Assembly (NCBI RefSeq): GCF_964204645.1 | Contig: NC_134029.1 | Location: 372,001 to 436,000 of the forward strand | Reading direction: 5' to 3' | From: Tubulanus polymorphus | Taxonomy: Eukaryota; Animalia; Nemertea | Length of the DNA stretch: 64,000 nt | Shown: positions 48,656 through 60,200 of the stretch, piece after piece | Layout of the letters: each line of letters starts with the position of its first letter | Position numbering within the stretch: the stretch's first letter is position 1 | The notes under the pieces: model-generated | Told to the model about the DNA's origin: nothing | The model's database searches: none | Seen by the model: only the letters and a program-made list of their open reading frames with translations | Position numbers and translations under genes: made by a program

Positions 48656-50074
48656 AGCCCCAGCTAAATACATTTCGGAAGGAACCTTCACCCCTAAAAA
48701 CAATATCTCTCCTCCTGAACACAACAAGAAAATCAAAAAGTCAGACAGAATTTCAAACAAATAAATCTCTGAAATAGAAATATTGAATAAATATTGATAC
48801 AAAACGTGCTTGAGATAAAACTATAAACTGTGCTTAGGTAAATAGAGAATAGATAGCAGCTACAGCAGCTACAGCAGCAGCAGCTACGGCAGCGGCACCA
48901 GCAGCAGTAGCAGCAGCAGCTACCTACTGCAGCAGACCCAGTTTCAAACTCAACCCAGATAGCTGTGAAATGAGAGTTTTAAATATTACTTTGATAACTG
49001 GGAGTTGGAAAAGCTTGAATGATTTAGGTTTCTTTGATTGTGAACTATTCCTCCATTTCCAGTTTCTAGGTAGAGTAAAACATGTCTGTAATAGCCCAAT
49101 AAATATCAACAATAAGATTACAAAATAGCGAGACAGATAAAAACATAGAACTACAGTCACATGCCACAGTATCCTATCACTGGATATTCCGTTTTAATTG
49201 AACAAGGGTTCGTGAAATGTTGAAGCTTAAAACGATGAAAATGTTTGAATTGATGTCTACATTGAAACCAAAATTTGAGTTAAAACTTTTCCACGCAACT
49301 GGACTCAGTTTCACAACAAAGATTAGTCTAAAATTAACAAAGTTAGAGCTTTCAAATAAATGTTATTTATTCTAAATCAGTTTTACTTTATAGTTTGCAT
49401 TTGTAGGATTAAATGGATTAAAGACTTAATCCTCTTTGGTAAAACTGGGTCAAACGGAATGAAGCTGATCTGCGCGTGAAGGATACACTGGCAATGGAGT
49501 CTGATTCTACCACCATACTAGTTTCTAGTTAAGATACGTAGAATTAAATTTAAAAATATTTTTTACTTCACTTTCTTTCTTATGACCGACTCGCGGTAAA
49601 GTAAAGAATTTCTTGTGAGTTGGAGATTTCTGTAAATAATCAATGATCAATTCATTAATTGTTTGTAATAAAAATTTGATTAAATAATAAATTATACCAA
49701 TGATTCAAAAACATTTTCCAGATATTTTTTTCATAATGCAAAATTGAATGTAATATACATGAGTGAAATGTATGTGAATTGGTCCATTCTGATGTGAATG
49801 TTAGCATAAGGCCGACCAATAGTGACAAAACGTTCAATCTAAATTCCCTTCTAAAGGTTGTAATGTGAAAACTAATGATTACTGATGATATGCAAATTTA
49901 TTCAGTTATAAATAAGCAAATCTAATTACTAGAATTTGGGTCTGATTAGAAACACTTTGAATCAGAGACTGATTGTCATTGAATAGAGACAGTTACCACA
50001 CCTGACTGGTCACCACACAGTTCACTGGTCACCACTGACCATTGCACAAACCTTCAAACCCTATCAGTCACTAG

Positions 50075-50206
50075 AGCTCAGTGGTCTAGAGGTTAGGACA
50101 GTGGACTGACAAGTGAGAGACCCCGGTTCAAATCCCAGTGGGGTCAGGATCTAGGGTTAGGGTTACAGACTTAGGGTTAGGGTTATTGACCTAGGGTTAG
50201 GGTTAG
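50075..50206 (+). pseudogene. Degenerate tRNA-like head followed by TTAGGG-like repeats
   Basis: TGGTCTAGAGG A box, GGTTCAAATCC B box, broken anticodon arm; three TAGGGTTAGGGTTA blocks. Confidence 0.55.
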
Positions 50207-50879
50207 TGGTCACCAAGGGTTGGTTGGGGGGCCTTTTACTACGATTATTTTTGAATTTTTTTTTAAGTTGAAAGTTGACCTAAAAGTTATATTTGGGGGA
50301 CATTTTTTTGCTGCCCTGATTTACATCAATGGGGAAGTCAATATTTCAATTCATTCGAACACAAACAATTCACTGGTAACTCTCTATCCTGAAGGATTTA
50401 AATCACCTGTAGTGAATGAGGATGGTTTTAGTGTTCAGCTTCTCCAGCAGATGGCAACATGATAGTGAAACTGAGAGATTAGTGTCAGTTTTATCTGACA
50501 GAGAGCAGCACTGTTTGTGTAACACCTGCCGCAGGTGCCTGGATTCTGTACCTGTCACATACCAGGGCACTAAAAACTTTTACCACAATGATGATATATC
50601 AAATTCATTTGTGAGATTATGATATTTCCAAATGTTTCAGTATAGGAATGGGAATTCTTTTCTCAAAAATCTCTGATTTTCAAATAATCTGTGAATGATT
50701 TAGAGATCTGAGACATATGATTTGACGAAGTCACGAAGTAACAGATTGTGAGAATGTCAGAATTTATTTTCCAGAATTCAGTCTCAAAACATTATTTAAT
50801 AATGATTATGAACTGAAACCATGAGAAATTAATTATAATTTCTAAAATCTAATTCTGACAATGAGGGTTACATTGAGAT

Positions 50880-51075
50880 AAGGGCGGTTTATACCCGCAT
50901 GGTGGGCAGGGGGTAACAGGGTGTTTAATACCCGGGGATGAGGGATGACCAGGGGGGACGGGGTGTTTGATACCCGGGGATGAGGGGTGACAGGTGTTTG
51001 ATACCCGGGGATGAGGGGTGACAGGTGTTTGATACCTGGGGAGAGGGGTGACAGGGTGTTTAACCCCCCGGGGTA
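50880..51075. repeat. G-rich ~30-bp minisatellite next to MCTP donor site
   Basis: GTGTTTGATACCCGGGGATGAGGGGTGACAG variants. Confidence 0.85.
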
Positions 51076-51092
51076 GAGGAGTGAGTACTTAC

Positions 51093-51556
51093 GGTAGTTG
51101 TGTGCTCATCAGTTGCTATTCCACTATCGACATCATTTCCTGTATCTTCCTTCTCGTTTTTGTCCTCTTTTTCCTCTAATGATTGTTGCGGTAACATCCC
51201 CGGATCGCTGAAACTGCGTTCGTTTTGAAACGCTCTATTTCTATCGGACTCTGATCCGGCACCAGTCCCAGACGCACCCTTCTGATCGGTCGAATCAAAC
51301 AGTTTATCGAACTGTTTTTCCTCATCTGTAACGTTGCCGTTTTTTAACTCATCCACCGCGCTTTCGCTTTGTTGTTTTTTCAGGTTTTTTTCGGCCGAAC
51401 GTTCGCGACTTTTCGACCGGATTTTCTTCAATTTACGGAAGCTGTTTAGGACTTTTTTACGGCGTTTAGTGCTGGTTTCCGGGTCGGCTTTCCCGGCGGT
51501 TGTAAGATCGGACGAACTCGCTGATTTACGATCGATACTGTCATCTTTCTTTACAG
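51093..51556 (-). CDS. MCTP: MCTP large N-terminal charged/disordered exon
   Basis: tttttcag| acceptor, 464 nt open, ACC|gtaagt donor; phase 1-0. Confidence 0.78.
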
Positions 51557-51861
51557 CTGAAAAAATTACAACTCAAAATAATTAATTTTTCACAACGTCA
51601 GAATTTGTTTTTCAAATCTAAAAACGTCAAAATCATGTTCCATAAACATTTCAATTCTTGGGTCAGACTTTTTTTACAACTGAAAATGAAATAATCATTA
51701 ATTTTCACAAGCTAGAAAATTCTAAAATACATTCATTAGTTGAAATTTCAAAATCACAAACTCCTAAAATAGTTATTTCTAGTATTTTTGAAGTGAATGA
51801 TGAATCAAAATTGTGTGATTTGTTTTCGTCGCTCGAAGGTGAATCAAAATATAAAACATAC

Positions 51862-51934
51862 TGCCCGATTCTTCAGGAACTTTCTCCAAGTTGTTTCCGG
51901 CAGAATCTGCTCCTAAATTCTCCTCCTCAGTCAT
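51862..51934 (-). CDS. MCTP: Candidate MCTP alternative first exon MTEEENLGADSAGNNLEKVPEESG
   Basis: ATG, A|gtatgt phase-1 donor matching exon at 51556. Confidence 0.6.
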
Positions 51935-52239
51935 TATCAATTAATAATCTTATCCTTAATCGATGTAGATATCCGTAGAATATAGGAATGAGAAGGATAG
52001 ATTGAGAGAGGTGTAACACGTCTGTAGTCAGTCAGTCAGTCAGTCAGGTCGTGGTCCGGACCTGACAGGGATTGGTAGTTACTGGATATTAATGTTAATT
52101 CCATGCATCATATGGAACATATATCCTTTATTTTACGATCCAGGTTTCAACAACTGTTTCCACTCTCTCTAAAATCTATACTTTTTTATTCCTGTTTTAT
52201 TAAAGCTCTCATTGTTTTGAATATTTCAAAATTCTCCGG

Positions 52240-52645
52240 ATTCGTTTGGGGAATGTTTTTAGTTTAGAAAATGCGACTTCAGAACAAACTTCTATTCGTT
52301 TGGGGAATGTTTTTAGTTTAGAAAATGCGACTTCAGAACAAACTTCTATTCGTTTGGGGAATGTTTTTAGTTTAGTAAATGCGACTTGAGAACAAACTTC
52401 TATTCGTTTGGGGAATGTTTTTAGTTTAGAAAATGCGACTTCAGAACAAACTTCCATTCGTTTGGGGAATGTTTTTAGTTTAGAAAATGCGACCTCAGAA
52501 CAAACTTCTATTCGTTTGGGGAATGTTTTTAGTTTAGAAAATGCGACTTCAGAACAAACTTCTATTCGTTTGGGGAATGTTTTTAGTTTAGAAAATGCGA
52601 CTTCAGAACAAACTTCTATTCGTTTGGGGAATGTTTTTAGTTTAG
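52240..52645. repeat. 54-bp tandem repeat, ~7.5 copies
   Basis: ATTCGTTTGGGGAATG recurs at 52240, 52294... Confidence 0.97.
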
Positions 52646-53768
52646 GAATTGCGAGATGTCATATTAAACTTCTATCAGTGACTTAAACAGCAAAACATGA
52701 TTTATGTCAAATATCGAACTATCTATGAAATGTTATCACAAAAAATCATCATATTTAAAATAGGAATTTCCTCTAAGTTCATGAAGTGTACACAAAAATT
52801 ATTGCGCTGATTTTCGTGTACTTAAAATTTGTGTTCTGAACAAATTTAACCACGGAATTTCATGAGGGAAAAGTTTTTATAAATCTGTTCAAACAAAAAA
52901 TCTATAGTATAAGAATAATCAAGTATATTTAGTCATGTATGATCATGTGTGAGCCCCCCCCCCCTAATATTGAAAACAGTCTGATATCCATTCAATAAAT
53001 ATCTGATTAGACTTAGAATAGATAAATCAGATTAACATAAGATTTAACTGAATATATACAAACAGACCGCATTCAACAGGATACTGGTCAGTATTTGAAT
53101 GGTCAGTATTAGAGTGGTCAGTTCTATCTAATGAGTAATGAATATACACGGGAACGCGAATGTTACCAGGCACTTCTTATATTCAATAATAGTTTTTTAC
53201 GATGACGATGTCACAATACATCAAAATAAATTAATAATGCCCCGTGCACGTATTGTAATATGATGTAATTTACCCTTAGTCATCGTGACATAAAAAGCTG
53301 TTCGTCTCTAAATCCCTGCGAAACACAACAATCTAGTTTAAATCCGCGAATGACGTTGATTCGGCGTTATTTTGAATTCGTAGCCCGCACCGTCGACAGA
53401 ACTGTTCACTAATTACACGATATACTGAAAATCAGTGAAGCCAATAGAAACTGTAGCACATGGTTTTAACGTTTGAATATTTAAATGAAAACAGCTGCTT
53501 TTATACATTATAAACCCAAACCCCGAACCCTGATTCTAAACTTTATACATTAATATTCGTAGATACGTCATCGACGCAGCGCGAGTAAAAAACAAACATT
53601 CAATCGATGTTATATTATTCATCGAATGTCATATTGTAATAATTACAATCAGAAAACAATGAACAAATTCTCAGTGACAAAAATGCGCGATTAGTTTTAC
53701 AATTTCAGTATTTTTCAATTTATTAAATTTCTGATAGACAAAGAATACGAGAATCTAGTTCTACAGTG

Positions 53769-54017
53769 AGATTCAAGTGATTCCCGGCGCAACTGAATCA
53801 GATTCAAGTGATTCCCGATGCAACTGAATCAGATTCAAGTGATTCCCGGTGCAACTGAATCAGATTTGAGTGATTCCCGGTGCAACTGAATCGGATTCAA
53901 GTGATTCCCGATGCAACTGAATCAGATTTGAGTGATTTGCCGGTGTAACTGAATCAGATTCAAGTGATTCCCGGTGCAACTGAATCAGATTCAAGTGATT
54001 CCCGGTGCAACTGAATC
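53769..54017. repeat. 31-bp tandem repeat, 8 copies
   Basis: AGATTCAAGTGATTCCCGGTGCAACTGAATC. Confidence 0.95.
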
Positions 54018-54715
54018 CAGTTTCATGAAAAAATGTAATTTTTTAATCGATTCAAGATGAAACTAAATCATATCAACTTGTGTCAGATTTGTCAAAGTTG
54101 AAATGAATTGAATTTCTGTGTCGTCAGTCCGATCTCTAATACACTCTGTTCTGACAGAGATTGTATAGAATATATACATGTGTGAATTCTCTCGAGAAAT
54201 CTAGTTTTTCTGCATCCAATATTCCGAGCAGTAATTGATGGCAAAATACAATTTCTAGATTGAGTATTTTAGTTATAAATTGCCGGGAACTGAGCACTGA
54301 TATCGTGTGTTCGAATCTCTCCGGGGAGAGTTCAAATGTGCTTCCGTCAAATGGATAATACTTTTTATATAACACAGAACTACAGTTCACAAGATTCGTT
54401 GTTTTAACTACAAACAACAAACAGTAGTTCATAATTCCTCAACTGTAACAAGAAAATGCAAATATCTAGTGAGCAAAATATAGGGATTTTTGAATGACTT
54501 TTCTAATGATGAGTCGTGTGACGGTATTTGTAAATTTTTCATTGTTAATTTTCTGACTGTAAAATCAAATTTTCTTTGAAAAATCTTCACAAATCACTTT
54601 AGAAAGCAGCAGCACTAGATAGATATAAGATGATATGAGAAGAGGGGGTAGGGAGAGGGTAGGGAGAGGGTAGGGAGAGGGGAGGATGAGGGGGGTCAAA
54701 CATTCAATAACTTAC

Positions 54716-54782
54716 AGTTGATAATCATTGAATTTTGTGAAGTAGAACGATTGTTTTTAAATCCACACAAATTAATTCCCAT
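54716..54782 (-). CDS. MCTP: Candidate MCTP alternative first coding exon MGINLCGFKNNRSTSQNSMIIN
   Basis: gaaATGG context, T|gtaagt phase-1 donor matching exon at 51556. Confidence 0.6.
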
Positions 54783-55085
54783 TTCACTGAATAAAATAAC
54801 AGTTTACGCACAATGATGGATACGAGATGGACGTGGACCGGCAGCATCACGACGACGAGAGGAGCAGGAGGAGGAACACGCAGATCTGATCACCGTGGAA
54901 ACAAACATCTTCATCTCAGGTATATCCAGCATCCATCGAACTAATACTGACCATCAATTCCTGAACATCATCAACTTTTATAAACATTGAACAACGCTAT
55001 CACTGAACTGAATGACTGAACCGTAGAATAGTTTTACTACAACTCAAACATCAATGAGCGAGTGAATATTTCAAATCATTCGAAC

Positions 55086-55296
55086 ACAAACAATTCACTG
55101 GTTAACTCTCACTCCATGAGTTCAATACCATCGAGTCTACAAACAATTCACTGGTTAACTCTCACTCCATGAGTTCAATACCATCGAGTCTACAAACAAT
55201 TCACTGGTTAACTCTCACTCCATGAGTTCAATACCATCGAGTCTACAAACAATTCACTGGTTAACTCTCACTCCATGAGTTCAATACCATCCAGTC
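55086..55296. repeat. 53-bp tandem repeat, 4 copies
   Basis: ACAAACAATTCACTGG at 55086, 55139, 55192, 55245. Confidence 0.95.
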
Positions 55297-57012
55297 TTCA
55301 ATCACTCGCGGTACAAATACATATCAGATTTTTCATCCACAATTCTCTACGTCGAAACCGATAAATTCCCAGCTGATGATGAACAGTCACGAGGATATCA
55401 ATGATAAATAGATGACACACAGGACGGCAGACTGATGGACCAGCCGGGATGAGAGAACTGATGGACCAGCCGGGATGAGAGAACTGATAGACCAGCCGGG
55501 ATGAGAGAACTGATCAGGTATTGAGAGACACCTACTGATTGAACTGTATCTCTGACTATCAGTTATATCAATTATATATTATTGCTACCGTTTGAAATTA
55601 ACGCTGAGAATAATTCAACCCTAGAGAAATCAACATGAATTTATAAACACCACCGATCAGTGTCAATAGATACTGCAGTGGCGGCGGCCCTTTACACGGT
55701 TCATATCTGTTACCAGTACTGGGTTCACTATACCCTGTCAAACGGTTCAATGTGACACAAACTGCCCAGCTATCCTCTCCTCTCTCTCCCACACGCCTGA
55801 TAACGACAAAATCAGATCCGGAACATTCAGCAAGTCTTTTGTCATTGAATCAGTGCACCAATCAAATCAATCAATTTATCGTACATCCGTGAAGAACATC
55901 GTCTCCAGGTACAGCATACACATAACCCCTTCCTCACAACAGCAGCAGCAAACTACACCCCCCCCCCCCCAGCAGCAGCAGCAGCAGTATCTCCTCAGGG
56001 TACACTAGGGGGTGTTGAGAGCAGGGGAGAGCGAGGGGAGGGGGAGTTTAGAGCAGGGGAGAGTCAGATAGGTGACAGAGAGGGAGAGATAGAGGCTTGA
56101 GTACAGAACTAACAAATATTAATCAACAGAAATATTTCATATTTGAAGGTAAAACTGATGAAGCAAGCTGTGCATAGAGGAAAGGAGACAGGAGAGGACT
56201 GGGTTATTAGAGAAATGTCAACATCACTCACAGTCATCAGTATTCAACAACTCGTTATATAATCATCCTGCAACCTCCTCAAAACAACCTCATCTCCTGC
56301 ATACCTCTCTCGCTGTCTCTGTCTCATCAGTCTAGAAACGCCTGCCGATCAGGTATTCAAGCGATGCTAGACTCGCTGTTCAGGTGTTTGTATAGTATTA
56401 GAACTAATGGATGAGACCGAATCTAATGACAAACACTTCACTGTTTTTATCATTAAACCTAGCAATAAAATCATAGTTTATGAGGAGACAGAGAGGGAGA
56501 GAGAGAAGGGGGAGAGAGAGGGAGAGAGAGGAGGGGGAGAGAGAGAGAGAGGGGGGAGAGGAAGAGAGGAGGGGGAGAGAGGAGGGAGAGCGTGTTGAGA
56601 GTGAGAAACTACCGTTAAAATTACTAAATAGCTACCTGTCATCGGAAAGTGTAAATGTAGCAATGTCAATATAGTCCATTAGCAATTTAGTCACTTTCCT
56701 TTAGAGAATTTTAATATCTGAATATATCAATAATCACTCTTCCCTACAATGAGCACTTAGCTGACAAATTCAGAGAATATGTGAAATAATGTGTACATTG
56801 TCCACAAGGTCTAGAAATATGTGAAATAACATGTTTCAGTAACCCAGGTCTAGAAATATGCAGTTTGTTTAAATATATCCTCGATATAATAACGTGATTG
56901 TGATTAATAATTTGATATTTTAAATGAAAAAGCGTTTAAATAAAGTTAAATATTATAATGTTTCTTTAGATAGCATCAATGTAACTGAAACAATGATGTA
57001 AAGCAGCATACC

Positions 57013-57228
57013 AGTCTGATCGGAGAGATCCATCAGCTGTCATAGTCTGGACGGGGAGATCCATCAGCTGTCATAGTTTGGACAGAGAGATCCATCAGCT
57101 GTCATAGTCTGGACGGGGAGATCCATCAGCTGTCATAGTCTGGACGGGGAGATCCATCAGCTGTCATAGTTTGGATGGAGAGATCCATCAGCTGTCATAG
57201 TCTGGACGGGGAGATCCATCAGCCGTCA
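57013..57228. repeat. 31-bp tandem repeat, 7 copies
   Basis: AGTCTGGACGGGGAGATCCATCAGCTGTCAT. Confidence 0.95.
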
Positions 57229-57290
57229 CAAACTACAAACTCTAACCCCGTGTCCTATAGATCAGTTCCTGGATCAACCCCGGGTCACCA

Positions 57291-60200
57291 TAACTACTGA
57301 CAGTCTCCTCGTATCTGAACCTGGGAGCTGGTTATCAGTCTAGCCTCATCGGACCCACCAGTAACTACTGACAGTCTCCTCGTATCGGAACCTGGGTGCT
57401 GGTTATCAGTCTAGCCTCATCGGACCCACCAGTAACTACTGACAGTCTCCTCGTATCTGAACCTGAGAGCTGGTTATCAGTCTAGCCTCATCGGACCCAC
57501 CAGTAACTACTGACAGTCTCCTCGTATCAGAACCTGGGAGCTGGTTATCAGTCTAGCCTCATCGGACCCACCAGTAACTACTGACAGTCTCCTCGTATCT
57601 GAACCTGGGAGCTGTTTATCAGTCTAGCCTCATCGGACCCACCAGTAACTACTGACAGTCTCCTTGTATCGGAACATGGGAGCTGGTTATCAGTCTAGCC
57701 TCATCGGACCCACCAGTAACTACTGACAGTCTCCTCGTATCTGAACCTGGGAGCTGGTTATCAGTCTAGCCTCATCGGACCCACCAGTAACTACTGACAG
57801 TCTCCTCGTATCTGAACCTGGGAGCTGGTTATCAGTCTAGCCTCATCGGACCCACCAGTAACTACTGACAGTCTCCTCGTATCTGAACCTGAGAGCTGGT
57901 TATCAGTCTAGCCTCATCGGACCCACCAGTAACTACTGACAGTCTCCTCGTATCTGAACCTGGGAGCTGGTTATCAGTCTAGCCTCATCGGACCCACCAG
58001 TAACTACTGACAGTCTCCTCGTATCTGAACCTGGGAGCTGGTTATCAGTCTAGCCTCATCGGACCCACCAGTAACTACTGACAGTCTCCTCGTATCTGAA
58101 CCTGAGAGCTGGTTATCAGTCTAGCCTCATCGGACCCACCAGTAACTACTGACAGTCTCCTCGTATCTGAACCTGGGAGCTGGTTATCAGTCTAGCCTCA
58201 TCGGACCCACCAGTAACTACTGACAGTCTCCTTGTATCGGAACCTGGGAGCTGGTTATCAGTCTAGCCTCATCGGACCCACCAGTAACTACTGACAGTCT
58301 CCTCGTATCGGAACCTGGGAGCTGGTTATCAGTCTAGCCTCATCGGACCCACCAGTAACTACTGACAGTCTCCTTGTATCGGAACCTGGGAGCTGGTTAT
58401 CAGTCTAGCCTCATCGGACCCACCAGTAACTACTGACAGTCTCCTCGTATCGGAACCTGGGAGCTGGTTATCAGTCTAGCCTCATCGGACCCACCAGTAA
58501 CTACTGACAGTCTCCTCGTATCGGAACCTGGGAGCTGGTTATCAGTCTAGCCTCATCGGACCCACCAGTAACTACTGACAGTCTCCTCGTATCTGAACCT
58601 GGGAGCTGGTTATCAGTCTAGCCTCATCGGACCCACCAGTAACTACTGACAGTCTCCTCGTATCGGAACCTGGGAGCTGGTTATCAGTCTAGCCTCATCG
58701 GACCCACCAGTAACTACTGACAGTCTCCTCGTATCGGAAACTGTGAGCTGGTTATCAGTCTAGCCTCATCGGACCCACCAGTAACTACTGACAGTCTCCT
58801 CGTATCGGAACCTGAGAGCTGGTTATCAGTCTAGCCTCATCGGACCCACCAGTAACTACTGACAGTCTCCTCGTATCGGAACCTGGGAGCTGGTTATCAG
58901 TCTAGCCTCATCGGACCCACCAGTAACTACTGACAGTCTCCTTGTATCGGAACCTGGGAGCTGGTTATCAGTCTAGCCTCATCGGACCCACCAGTAACTA
59001 CTGACAGTCTCCTCGTATCGGAACCTGGGTGCTGGTTATCAGTCTAGCCTCATCGGACCCACCAGTAACTACTGACAGTCTCCTCGTATCTGAACCTGGG
59101 AGCTGGTTATCAGTCTAGCCTCATCGGACCCACCAGTAACTACTGACAGTCTCCTCGTATCTGAACCTGGGAGCTGGTTATCAGTCTAGCCTCATCGGAC
59201 CCACCAGTAACTACTGACAGTCTCCTCGTATCTGAACCTGGGAGCTGGTTATCAGTCTAGCCTCATCGGACCCACCAGTAACTACTGACAGTCTCCTCGT
59301 ATCGGAACCTGGGAGCTGGTTATCAGTCTAGCCTCATCGGACCCACCAGTAACTACTGACAGTCTCCTCGTATCGGAACCTGAGAGCTGGTTATCAGTCT
59401 AGCCTCATCGGACCCACCAGTAACTACTGACAGTCTCCTTGTATCGGAACCTGGGAGCTGGTTATCAGTCTAGCCTCATCGGACCCACCAGTAACTACTG
59501 ACAGTCTCCTCGTATCGGAACCTGAGAGCTGGTTATCAGTCTAGCCTCATCGGACCCACCAGTAACTACTGACAGTCTCCTCGTATCTGAACCTGGGAGC
59601 TGGTTATCAGTCTAGCCTCATCGGACCCACCAGTAACTACTGACAGTCTCCTTGTATCGGAACCTGGGAGCTGGTTATCAGTCTAGCCTCATCGGACCCA
59701 CCAGTAACTACTGACAGTCTCCTTGTATCTGAACCTGGGAGCTGGTTATCAGTCTAGCCTCATCGGACCCACCAGTAACTACTGACAGTCTCCTCGTATC
59801 TGAACCTGGGAGCTGGTTATCAGTCTAGCCTCATCGGACCCACCAGTAACTACTGACAGTCTCCTTGTATCGGAACCTGAGAGCTGGTTATCAGTCTAGC
59901 CTCATCGGACCCACCAGTAACTACTGACAGTCTCCTCGTATCTGAACCTGGGAGCTGGTTATCAGTCTAGCCTCATCGGACCCACCAGTAACTACTGACA
60001 GTCTCCTTGTATCGGAACCTGAGAGCTGGTTATCAGTCTAGCCTCATCGGACCCACCAGTAACTACTGACAGTCTCCTTGTATCGGAACCTGAGAGCTGT
60101 TTATCAGTCTAGCCTCATCGGACCCACCAGTAACTACTGACAGTCTCCTTGTATCGGAACCTGAGAGCTGGTTATCAGTCTAGCCTCATCGGACCCACCA

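Noticed and set aside
40404-52686. Repeat-derived and microsatellite ORFs (40404, 41501, 43237, 44655, 46073, 46426, 52209, 52408)
   Set aside because: Periodic translations of tandem or simple repeats
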